Source of the DNA: Macrostomum lignano
Lineage: Eukaryota
Assembly: GCA_002269645.1 (NCBI GenBank)
Contig: NIVC01002757.1
Location: forward strand, 1 to 64,000
Length of the DNA: 64,000 nucleotides
Reading direction: 5' to 3'
Shown here: positions 50,001-62,000 of the stretch, in pieces
How positions within the stretch are numbered: the stretch's first letter is position 1
Layout: every line of letters begins with the position of its first letter
The notes under the pieces: generated by a model
Database searches by the model: none
What the model was told of the DNA's origin: nothing
What the model saw: the letters and a program-made list of their open reading frames with translations, nothing else
Program-made: the position numbers and the translations under genes

Positions 50001-53000
50001 AGGCACCGAAGCGGATGTCGTAAGCTGTGTTTATAACTAATGAGTTGATGCGCAATTCACCTACTATAAGTAGCATCAATTAGCAATACTTTTATTCTTG
50101 TTTAAAAAAGGGAAAGTTTAGCAGCGGCCTTTTACAGGTGAAATCAGAGATAAGGTGAGGGTGGTTGGCGGCCCTCATCTCAGGTGAAATCAGAGATAAG
50201 GCGGGGGTGGGTGGCCGCCCTCCTCTCAGGTGAAATCAGAGATAAGGTGGGGATGGTTGGCGGCCCTCATCTCAGCTGAAATCAAAGATAAGGCGGGGGT
50301 GGGTGGCCGCCCTCCTCTCAGGTGAAATCAGAGATAAGGTGGGGATGGTTGGCGGCCCTCTCTCCTCACAGGTGAAATCAGAGATAAGGTGGAGGTGGGT
50401 GGCGACCCTCTCTCCTCACAGGTGAAATCAGAGATAAGGTGGAGGTGGGTGGCGGCCCTCTCTCCTCACAGGTGAAATCAGAGATAAGGTGGAGATGGTT
50501 GGCGGCTCTCTCTCCTCACAGGTGAAATCAGAGAAAAGGTGAGGGTGGTTGGCGGCCCTTATCTCAGGTGAAATCAAAGATAAGGTGGGTGGTTGGCAGC
50601 CCTCATCTCAGGTGAAATCACAGATAAGGTGGGTGGTTGGCAGCCCTCATCTCAGGTGAAATCACAGATAAGGTGGGTGGTTGGCAGCCCTCATCTCAGG
50701 TGAAATCACAGATAAGGTGGGGTGGGTGGCCGCCCTCTCCTCACAGGTGAAATCAGAGATAAGGTGGGGTGGGCGGCCACCCTCTCTCCTCACAGGTGAA
50801 ATCAGAGATAAGGTGAGGGTGTTTGGCGGCCCTCATCGCAGGTGATATCAAAAGTAAGGTGCCGTGGCCTCTGATTAAATTATCGATCAAACGCATGGCT
50901 TATCGACCTAAAATACTCAACCAAATCAGCCTCCTCAACAACAACCTTCAGCAATAAAGTGCGGCCCGAACGAGCACTTCACCAGCAGGGCCAGCCCCTG
51001 TCCGGCCACATGCGGCAGTCATTTCTTCGGCACACCTAAGAAATGCTTTCACCTGCCCAGCGCCGAAGGCTGTCGCTGCAAGCGAGGCTTCGTCCTGGAC
51101 AGCAGCAACCGCTGCGTGCCACCCAAGGAGTGCGAGTGCCTGACCAAGCTGTGCCTGGACAGAATGCCCCGGAAAAAGTGTCTGAAATGGCGAGCTCGCG
51201 GCCGGTGCAAGAGGTACCCGGAGGTGATGGCGCGATTCTGCCGCCTGACCTGCGGCCACTGCGAGACAAGATGCGGAGAGAATCAGTTTAGCGACAAATT
51301 GTGCAAAAATATTTTGCGGCAAGGGAAATGCAGCAAGCCGTTGTACAAGGCTGTCTGCGCGGCCACTTGCGGCCGCAATAAGTGTCGTGAGTTGCTTTTT
51401 TAGGGCTTGTTTTGAAATTTTATAATGATTTCTGGATTGTGTTTGCGTGTAGAAAGTTGGCGCCAAAATAGAGTCAGATAGCGCAAATTAAAAGCTAGTT
51501 GACGCCAAAAAGAGCGTTAAGATGGCGCCAAAATGGAGATTCAGTTAGCGCCGAAATTGAGTGTCAGTTTAGGCGCCAAAATAGGATGTCAGTTTGGGCG
51601 CCAAAATAGGATGTCAGTTTGGGCGCCAAAATAGGGCGTCAGTTTGGGCGCCAAAATAGTCAGTTGGCGCCAAAATATAGTGTCACTATGGCCGGCAAAA
51701 TAGAGCGTTAGTAGGCGCCAAAATAGAGAGTCAGTTAGCGCCAAAATAGAGTGTCCGTTTGGGCGCCTAAAAATGTCAGTTTAGGCGCCAAAATAGAAAG
51801 CCAGATAGCGCCAAAAACAGAGTCAGTTAGCGCCAAAATAGGGAAACTATCAGCAATTGTTTTCTTCAATATGTTCAAATCTTCAACTTTTGATTTGAAG
51901 CCTAAAGCCGTTCGCTAACTTCCTATTCAGGCTGCCCAAACAAGCGCCGGATCGAGTCCAAGTGCTCCACGCGGTACAAAAATCGAATAATAAAATCGAT
52001 TCGTTATCTGCCCGGTCCGCACGGCAAGTGCATCAAGAGCACTGTAGTCCGCTACGAACCGTGCGGGGGTGAGTTCGTGTTCTATGGACACCTTTTTTAC
52101 ATAGAAAAAAACTGAGGATTGCTGATCGGGCTTTGTGAATGGCTGGTGAATGGGCTTTAGCACCAAGGGGCTTTAGCACCAAGGGGCTTTAGCACCAAGG
52201 GGCTTTAGCACCAAGGGGCTTTAGCACCAAGGGGCTTTAGCACCAGGGGCTTTAGCACCAACGGGCTTTAGCACCAGGGGCTTTAGCACCAGGGGCTTTA
52301 GCACCAGGGGCCTTAGCACCAAGGGGCTTTAGCACCAAGGGGCTTTAGCACTAGGGGGCTTTAGCATCAAGGGGCTTTAGCACCAAGGGGCTTTATCACC
52401 AAGGGGCTTTAGCACCAAGGGGCTTTAGCACCAAGGGGCTTTAGCACCAAGGGGCTTTAGCACCAAGGGGCTTTAGCACCAAGGGGCTTTATCACCAAGG
52501 GGCTTTAGCACCAAGGGGCTTTAGCACCAAGGGGCTTTAGCACCAAGGGGCTTTAGCATCAAGGGGCTTTAGCACCAGGGGCACCTACTCATAGATGCCA
52601 TGGCCTTAAAGGACACACTCTGAGCAGCTGCAATAAACCCATTCATTTGCAGCCTGTCCCAGCATAGCCAAGACCAAGCTGCAGCCGTGCAATTACTGCA
52701 AAGGTGTGCGAACAGGCAAGCGCACTGTGCAATACCGAGAGACCCACGGCAAGCACCGCTGTCTGCGTCGAGTCACTCGAGTCAGCAAGAAGTGTCCCTG
52801 CCCTCCCTCTGGCCAGCTGAAGGTTGTCAGCAGCAGAAAATGCGTCAAACACACCGAACTGGTCCGTGTCACCAAGGTGTTCAAAGCCGCCGAGAAGTGC
52901 ACCAAGTGCAAGCGAATAACCCAACGACAAGTTGTGAAGAAAATTAGTGAGCTTGTTATAACAATTTTGTTTTTTAAGCATTAGATTAAGGCAGGGGTCG

Positions 53001-56000
53001 TAGCCTAGTGGTTAGAGCGTCGGACTCGCGACTTGAAGGTCGGGGGTTCGATTCCCGATCGCACTGGAACAATTTGTGTCCTTGAGCAAGACGCTTAACT
53101 CTGCATTGCTTCAGCTCACCCAGCTGTAAAATGGGTGCCAGCATTAGCTGGGGATAATTGAGGGTGTGTGGTGACCCCGCCGTTAGCAACCTGCAGATGT
53201 GCCGCGCAATAGCTGCGGCTGAGCTGTCGGTTGCACATGTGGCCCAATTAGCGAGGTTACAGAGATTGTCTCTCTCAGAGAGTCACTCTCACCGTGTGTA
53301 ATTTACCTTTCAATCTATCTACGCTTCTACCTTTTTAATCACAGAATGCTCGGGCAGGCGAACCGTTCTCAAGAAGTGCACGTCGGGACGCAAGCATCGC
53401 AAGAAGCTGGTGTACACTAAGCAAGCGAGAAACTGCAAATGCATCTGGAAGCTGGCCAAGGAGCAGAACCTGCTCTGCTATTGTAGCAAGAAGCGCAGCG
53501 TAAATCGTAGTTGCTCGAACGGCTATCGGATTAAGAAAATAACTGGATTGCGGCTCAAGAACAACAAATGCGTTCGTTGGGTGCGCCAAGTGAAACGGAA
53601 GATTAACTGTCCCGAGAGGCGCCACGCAAAGCTGATTTGCCAACGAAAGACGTGCAAAGCGACTAAGATTTCCAGCTATTACCAGCTCAGTGGATGCAAG
53701 TGCAGTAAAAAAGTTGTTAAGCGGCTGGTTGGAAAATGCTGTGAGTTTGGCAAAAATATTTCTAATCTGTCTTGCTTTGTCGACTCGACCTGTTTTTTGC
53801 CCGACGTATGCCAAATTTAGCTCTACATTCTATACTTTCTACTCATCAGTAGACGAACTCTGACACAAAGTCTTCACTAAATAGAAAATGCGAAACGAAA
53901 CGAAGTCGAAGCTAGTCTATATCCTTGGAAATCCTGGGTGCCAGCGGCCCAGGCTCGATTCCAAGTGCAGTCCCATTAATTTGGGGCTTGAATTGAAATC
54001 TCGGCTTGGCTCTGCTCGTGAAATTAACGGCCTTGAAGGCCAAACCCAAAGGCACAGTGAAGTGTACATGCCTAACGATAAATAAAGTCAGGGCTGCTGT
54101 ACACTCCTGTGTGAGTGTGTGCCTGTGCGTATGACTGCGTACGTATCCGCGCGCTTGTGTGCCTGCTCAGGGGAGCCGGCAGAATGGGCGGCAGTAATGC
54201 CTCTCGCAGATTGTGTGACAATGTCGCTTAAAGTGCGCCAGGCCTCTTAAAAATCTTTAAATACAGTTTTTAGTAGTTGTTTTTAAAAACTGCTTGATTT
54301 TTTCTTAGAAACATTGAATTTTTTCCACTTTCAAAAGGTTGTCCGAAGGGCTACAAGAAAATTGTGCGAGTCGATCGCTATTGGAAGAAGCTGATCAAGG
54401 TGCAATACCTGCTAGAAGATCACAAGTGTCGTAAGAAGACAACCACCAGAAAGTACCGGGTTGCTTGTCCACCAGCTAAAAAGGAGGCTCGATGCGACAA
54501 AGTCACTGGTGCTAAGGTGTTCACGAAAATCTGGTACGTCCTCAAAAATGGCGACTGCGTCAAGAGGCGGTCGAAACGAGTGGCGAGACTGCGTGAGTTT
54601 CGATTTGCGCTTTTTGCTAGATTTTTGACACCTTTAAATCGCATTCCCTATCTATAAAGCTGGTGCCAGACAGTGGTAAAATACTCATTTAGTAAATATT
54701 TTAAATATTTTTGGATGGTTTCATAGATAATGATCCTGTCTAACAGGTGATGATCCTGTCTAACAGGTGATGACCCTGTCTAACAGGTGATGATCCTGTC
54801 TAACAGGTGATGATCCTGTCTAACAGGTGATGATCCTGTCTAACAGGTGATGACCCTGTCTAACAGGTGATGATCCTGTCTAACAGGTGATGATTTTGTC
54901 TAACAGGTGATGATCCTGTCTAACAGGTGATGATCCTCTCTAACAGGTGATGACCCTGTCTAACAGGTGATGATCCTGTCTAACAAGTGATGATCCTGTC
55001 TAACAGGTGATGATCCTGTCTAACAGGTGATGATCCTGTCTAACAGATGATGACCCTGTCTAACAGGTGATGATCCTGTCTAACAGGTGATGACCCTGTC
55101 TAAGAGGCTATGATCCTGTCTAACAGATGATGACCCTGTCTAACAGTCTATGATCCTTCTAACAGGTGATGAACTTGTCTAACAGGTAATCACCATGTCT
55201 AACAGGCTATGATCATGTCTGATTGTCTGTATATCCCTGTCTGGAGCAAGTTATGTATTTTGTCTGTTTGTCTGTGCAATTTACAAGCTTTTCTGCAGAC
55301 TAAACTGAATTAGAGTTCGAACTCACGCAGACTGCCTGCACGGTGTCTACCGACACGTCGGGCCCTGCCATCGCTCTGGCGGCAAAGGCGTCTCACGCTA
55401 TCGCAAAGTCCGCTACGAATATTATCGCCGAAAGAAGGGCAGCTGCAGCTGCGAGAAAGTCCGGCGCACCGTCAAAGAGTTGTGCGGCTGTCCGCAGGGT
55501 AACTTCGTCAAAACGACAAAATGTCCGAAGACTGGCTGCAATAGTAAGAAGTGCGGCTCCAAGTGCCACTATACTAAGACGTACTTTTACTTTACGAAAT
55601 GGTCGTATGATGGAGACAAACATCACAAGAGAAAGCACTGCCATGCTAAGGTACGTCATGAACTTTAATCTAGCCACCCGTGAAAGTTGTACCCGTCATA
55701 TTTCATAAGCAATGGGAGCATCAAATGAAACTATTCCAGGTGTTTAAGCACATCCATTTCCCTTGCTGCTGCGCCAGCAACAAGCGCGTGAAGACTTGGT
55801 GCCGTTCGCACAAGCACTCCGTCAAACAAGTCACCTACACCAAGCTCAGCAAGGACAAACACGAATGCGTCCGTTTGAGACGCACGACGACCTCCAGAAT
55901 TCGATGCAAGCACAATAGCGAGGGGACCGCCATTAAGAAGCGTCTGCCGCATCCGAAGCCTGGATACTACTATATCGCCACCTATCGCTGGCACGTGAAG

Positions 56001-59000
56001 AACTGTCGCTGTCTGTCAACCGTTGCCAAGCGAACCTGTCGCAAGCGATGCAATCCGACTAAAACGAGTCGACGCTGCAATCGCGTCACCGGAGAATGGA
56101 TCACTAGGAAGGTGAGCTGGAAGCTGCGCGGCTGCCGGACCTGCGTTCAACGGGTGCGAGAGGCTCGAACTCCCGTGCATTGTCGACGGAAGACAAAACG
56201 AACTAAACGGTGCGACAAAAAAACTGGTATTTTAACCGTCACGGTGACGCATTGGAAGCGCAAGGGATGCAAATGCGTGCAAAAGAAGCGAGTCACACGA
56301 AGACGTTGCAGTGAGTGCAAAATTCCCTTTAAATATTCAACTGCAGCACCGGTAGTTGATTTTTCGGCTAATTTAAGCTAATCTTTTATTTCAGAATGCC
56401 CCAAGCCGATCGTTGGAAAACGCCACTGCGACCACGAGTCGAGCGCTTACGTCACTCGCACCACCTACTGGCTGTTGAAGTCTGGAAAGTGCGTCAAGCG
56501 ACGCAGAGTCAAGGTCAGCCAAGTGACCTGCTCGCATAGCGTCAAACGAAAGAGCGTCTGCAAAGCAAAGTCGGGAGTGAAGTTGGTCTACATTGGAGTT
56601 TTGAAGCCTAAAGGATGCCGCTGTGTCAGGCAATGGTCTCTAGAGAATCGACTTCGGTGCAGTAAGTAGTCTGCACATTGTCATCATTATCTGACCTCTA
56701 CAGACGATATCATACAGAATGAAAGCAACTTTTTCCTCAGATTGCAACCGTGAGAACAACGAAGCCAAGCAGGACCGCAGAAAATATTGCGATAAACATC
56801 GCAACCTGAAAGTGACAGTAACCTATCGCTACGTGCTGAAGAAGGGTTCCTGCGTTCGCAAGCGTCAAAAGAGATATCGGGCGTACAGCTGTCCGCCATC
56901 GTTCACCGAGAAGAAAAAGTGCGACGTTAAACGACGCATTCAGGTGACGCTGACGCACTACTCGGTCAAGCGGAAGTGCTCCTGCGTGCGAGCAGTTAAG
57001 CGCCGATCGCGCAAATGCGGATGCGCTCACAAGGTGCGCCGGAAACGCTATTGTCGCAGAGCTGAGGGCGTAGTAGTGACCGAATTGCATACTGAAAGGT
57101 GGAGTCACAAGAAGGAGCGTTGCATCAAAAAGAAAACTACAAAGAGCCATCGAGTTTGTAAGTCGATTGTAGAACTGCTTTGTTGTTGCTAAATATGTTT
57201 TTAACAATCGAATAAATTACCTCCATTTACAGCATGCAGCCAGAAGACTCACTATAGCGTCACAAAGTGCATTAAGAATAAGCACTACGTTGAGACAAAA
57301 GTCTACGAAGTTCGCAAGGGCTGTCGATGCATTAAGCGAAGAGTCAAGAAGAGACGAAACTGCCGTAAGTGAAACTTTTTGCGCATTTAAGCTTTATGTA
57401 TTTTTAAGTTTATCGATAGTACGTACGATTTTTTCTATCTAATTAGCAAATGTTTTCATGAGAACATTATTATGCACCCTATTCAGACTGCAAGACAATA
57501 ACCCGCAAATACAAGTGCCCGAAGGCTGGCTTTACTCGACGAATTGTCACCCAGATTCGACGTTGGGACTCCGCTAAAAAGCGTTGTAAAACAGTTCGCT
57601 ACGTAACTCGCCGCATTCGATGCCGCTGCCCAGCTGGTGGACGCAAACGCCTTTGTCGCGCTGGTTCCTGGGTTACTGAAACCATATCCTTTGCTCTGCG
57701 TCACGGCCGCTGTTACAAGCGCGTAAAAAGGCGCAAGCAGAGGGTGACGTGTCGACACAAGATCCGCCGTAGATACACAGCTTGTAAGAAAACTGGTTGC
57801 AAGAAACGCCACATCTACACGATGAAGCTGAAACTTGACAGCAAGCGTTGCTCGTGTTACTATGCGGTTGTCAAGCGAATCGCATGCCCCTGCTGCTGTC
57901 CAAAGACTGTGAAACATCCAAAGCGTTGCGTCAAGGACGGCAAAGCTTGGCAACAAGTGACTGTTGGCTATCGAGTTTTGAGCGGCAAAAAGTGCGGCTG
58001 CAAACGTTGGCTAAAGCGAAAGACACGCCCAGTCGCGTGCACCAAGCTTCGCCAGCTTGTTTGGCAGCCCTGCGACCGACACAAATGCATCAGCCATCAG
58101 CGCAAGGTTCACCACGTGGTTCACGGATGTCGGTGCCGCAAGATCAGCCGGCTCACAGGAAAGAAGCGCGTCTGCTGCTGTCGAGGCAAGACAAAGCGAA
58201 AGCGCTTCTGCCGTCGGAGCGCAATCTACGAGCGAGTGACGCTAGTGCGGCTTCGGAACTGGCGTTGTGTGCGTATCAAACAATTGCGATTACTAAGATC
58301 TTGGCACTGCAAGGCCAAACGGAAGACTGTAGTAGGAAAGTAAGTTAAATATCGATTCCGTAAAATTTATATTTGAGGGAATGCTTTTAAAGATTTCTAG
58401 ATTCATCGCATGCCCGATATTTTCAAAGTATTGTCTCATCAATTTTAACTTACAACATGATAAAATATATAAAAACATCCCAGGTGCGATCGTACTACCT
58501 GTAAACAGCCGCTGCACACTCTAGTGTACAAGGTTTCCCGACCTCATTGCCGCTGTCGGCGAGTAGCCATCAAGCGACGCCACCGCACCTGTTGCTGTCT
58601 ACAGCGACCTAAGCGAACGAAACGCTGTGACTCTGCCACTGCGGCCTGGGTTCACACCCGAGTCTACTACGTATTCAATGCTTCGAAGCACGTTTGCGTA
58701 CGTCGACGAAGCACAGTCCGAACGCCCGTTCGCTGTTCTAAGCATGTAAAGCAAAAGAAAGATGGATCGTGCAATCGGCACACCTGTCGTCGAGTTGTTA
58801 AGCAGATCGATCACTACGTTCATCATTGCCGGTGCCGGCGTCGGGTTAAGCGTGTCAGTAAAGTCTGCTGTTGTCCACGAGCAAAACGCCTGCCAGTGCG
58901 CTGCGACAGGTCCAAGCACCAGTGGCTTCGGAGTAAGATCACCTGGCATCTCAGTCATGGTCGTTGCGTTAAGCGAGTCACCACAAAGAGGCATCAACTG

Positions 59001-62000
59001 ACCTGTCGACGCGATGTTAAAACTCGAGTACTAGCGTGTAGCCGTCGCACTTGCAAGCGTAAAATTGTAAAAATTTTACACAGACCCAAGGGCTGCCGCT
59101 GCGCTATTCGGCACAAAATCACCCACCGAACTTGCTGCTGCAGACCAGCTGTTAGGTCCAATGTCAAATGCGTGAATGATCGCGATGTTGTTAGAATCAC
59201 TAAGCGCCGAGTGTTTAACCGTCACACCTACAAGTGCAAAACTAAAGTTGTCAAAAAATTGCTGCACCGGCTGCACAAGTGTCGCAACACAATCTACCGA
59301 AGCAAATGTAATAAAAAGACTCGGCACCGAACAGTTCGCAAGGTGCTACGGCGACCGAAAAAGTGTCGGTGCAAAGTTTACCGTCGAGTCACTCATCGAG
59401 TGCTGTGCAGTAAGTTTCATTTCAAGCTTTTGTATGTTAAATAGTAGCTTGTGGCTTTTTTATATTATCCAATTGTTCAAATCAAATTATCTACCGTCAG
59501 GTTGTCCAAACACTCGCGTTAAGCGAACCAAATGCAGCAAGACCAGCTGTCACAAGTCTATCGTGAAGACCTGGTACACCTCGTCTGGCCACGGAGCTCA
59601 TTTCAAGTGCCGCAAGCATCGCCAGGTAATTAAAGTTCGCTGCTGTTGCAAGCGCAACCCGACCAGTCGAGTATATTGCGATCGGAGCAGCGGAGCGACA
59701 AAACGAGAGAGCAAATGGACTGTGTTTATCGCTTCTAGACGAGCCTGCGTGCGTCGCAGGAAAGTCGTGCTCGTTCGTCGACTTGGTAACCGAAAGCCTC
59801 TTCTTATATTGCGATAGCATGTTCTATTTTAAATAGTAAAGATTGTTATTGATTCCCCTTCCAGCTTGCAAAAGAGGCGGTTGCAAGTTGGGAAAATGCA
59901 ACAAAAGCACCGGCTATCGAATCAAAGTTTGCGTTTCCTATAAGCCTCTAAGGCATAAGTGTAGTTGTAAAAAGCGCACTGTTAAACGAAAGATCATCTG
60001 TCGTAAGTGTTGCTGAGAAATACGAGTATCTTTGTTTAATTTTAATTTAAAAAACAGTCATTCTATAAAACTCCCTGATCCGAATTTCTGCCAGACTGTC
60101 CAAAGAGTTACACAAAAAAGTTCTGCAAAGGTGACGAGCGGAAGCTTGAAGTCAGAACTAGCTGGAAAATTTCGCGACTCGAAAATCGTTGCGTCAAGCG
60201 CGTCAAAACTATTACTAACCATCTAGAATGTCCTAAGCGTCGTTGGCGCGAAAAGAAGTGTCCAACTAAGCCAGACTGTCAAGGAAAAATCACCACTAAT
60301 TGGTATCAGTTGAAAAAATGCCGCTGCAAACGAATTACCCGATCCAAACCCATCGTTTGCTGTTGTCCAAAGCCGACTAGAGTAAAGCGTTGCTTAGAAA
60401 ACCAATGGGTAACTGTGCTGACTAAACACAATCTATTCAAGGGCCACTGCTTGCAGAAGGTCAAACGGATTCGAGTCAGTGTTCGATGCAAGCGAAAGCG
60501 AGTACGAATCGGTCGCTGCAGAAAGGATTGCAAAAAGCATCGAGTTATTCTGCTCTACGAAGTGAAGAATTGCAAATGCGCAATAGCAAAGCGAATCATT
60601 CGCACTAAAATGTGCTGCTGTCCTCGACCGAAGCACTACAAGCGCTGCAAGGCAGCCAAGGGAGTTGTCCAAAACATCAAACAGTTTTGGCGCCTCTCCC
60701 ACGGAAAGTGTCTCAAGCGTAGGCGGATTGTCTCGCGCAAAATTGTCTGCCCGAAAGGTTCGACTCGAGCCAGCAAGTGCAACCGACACACCCGCAAACA
60801 GAAAGTTGTGATCGTGCGCTACAGTCGAGTAGCCTGTCGGTGCCATCGCCGCAAACGAATTCGTCAATTGCTGTGCATGTGTCGACCGCCGCGTACTGTG
60901 AAAGAGAAGTGCACTTCAGAGCGAATTAAGAGGCGGGTTTACCGGATCACCTATCATTTGTCGCATCCGCGCAGCAAACTAGTTAAGAGGCATTGTCTAA
61001 AGCGTCGGAAAGTATGGTAAGAAGCTGTTCGGTCCTGAAGTTTGCAAGTTGCTAACTGAAATTTAATTATAATAGATTTTACGAGCGCACGTTTTAATTT
61101 CAGGTATACGGAACCTTGCCGCTGTCCGAAGCCTACTCGTCGACAGCGCTGTTCTCGCAAGGGCACAGTTCTGACAACCAAAATCCGCAAATGGCGTCTT
61201 AAAATAGTTAAGAGATTGCATCATCGTAGATGGATTCGCAGGCGCACGTGCGTGCTGAAAATAACGAAGAAGCACACTAGAATCCGATGCAAACGTCGAA
61301 GTGTTTCCTGGACTAAGTGTCGCAATTTTCGCCGAAAGAGGACCACAGTCAAACACTGGGTGCATCGGTGCAAATGTCGACGACGCGCTGTAGTTCGAGT
61401 GTTTGCTTGCAGTGAGTGAAAGTATTAATAAAAATATCTTCGGCCATTTGTATTTAGAAGCTGTTTGCAATCACTTTTAAAAACACTTACTTCGATACAC
61501 TGACGCATCCAGATTGTGCGAAGAAATCTACCAAAAGTCGTCGCTGCGACGCTAAAGCCGGAGACCTGGTCTACACGCGCAAGTCCTGCTACAGCAAGCG
61601 CGGCGCCGCCACGTGCAGCTGCACTACCCGACGCTGGCGCAAACACATCAACTGTCCGCGTCGCTACGTACGGCGTCGACTCACTAAGCGACACTGCGGG
61701 CTCAAGCGACACCGCGCTTGGTACAATCGGTTCTCAATCGAATGGACGAAACGCCGCGGTTGCGGTTGCGTGCGCAAACGACGCACAGTGCTGCGCTTCT
61801 GCCATTGCCAGCGAGGTTCCAAACGCGCCGGGTGCGCCATTAACGGCAAGACATGGGTAAAAACGAAGGTGACTTATCGCCCCAGCGGCTCCAAGCATGG
61901 CGGCTGTAAGAAAGTGAAACGAGTCACCAAGCGGCGCATTTTGTGCCGCCGACATGCCGGCAAGCCAAAAGTTAAAATCGGTGGCTGCAGCAAGCACTGC

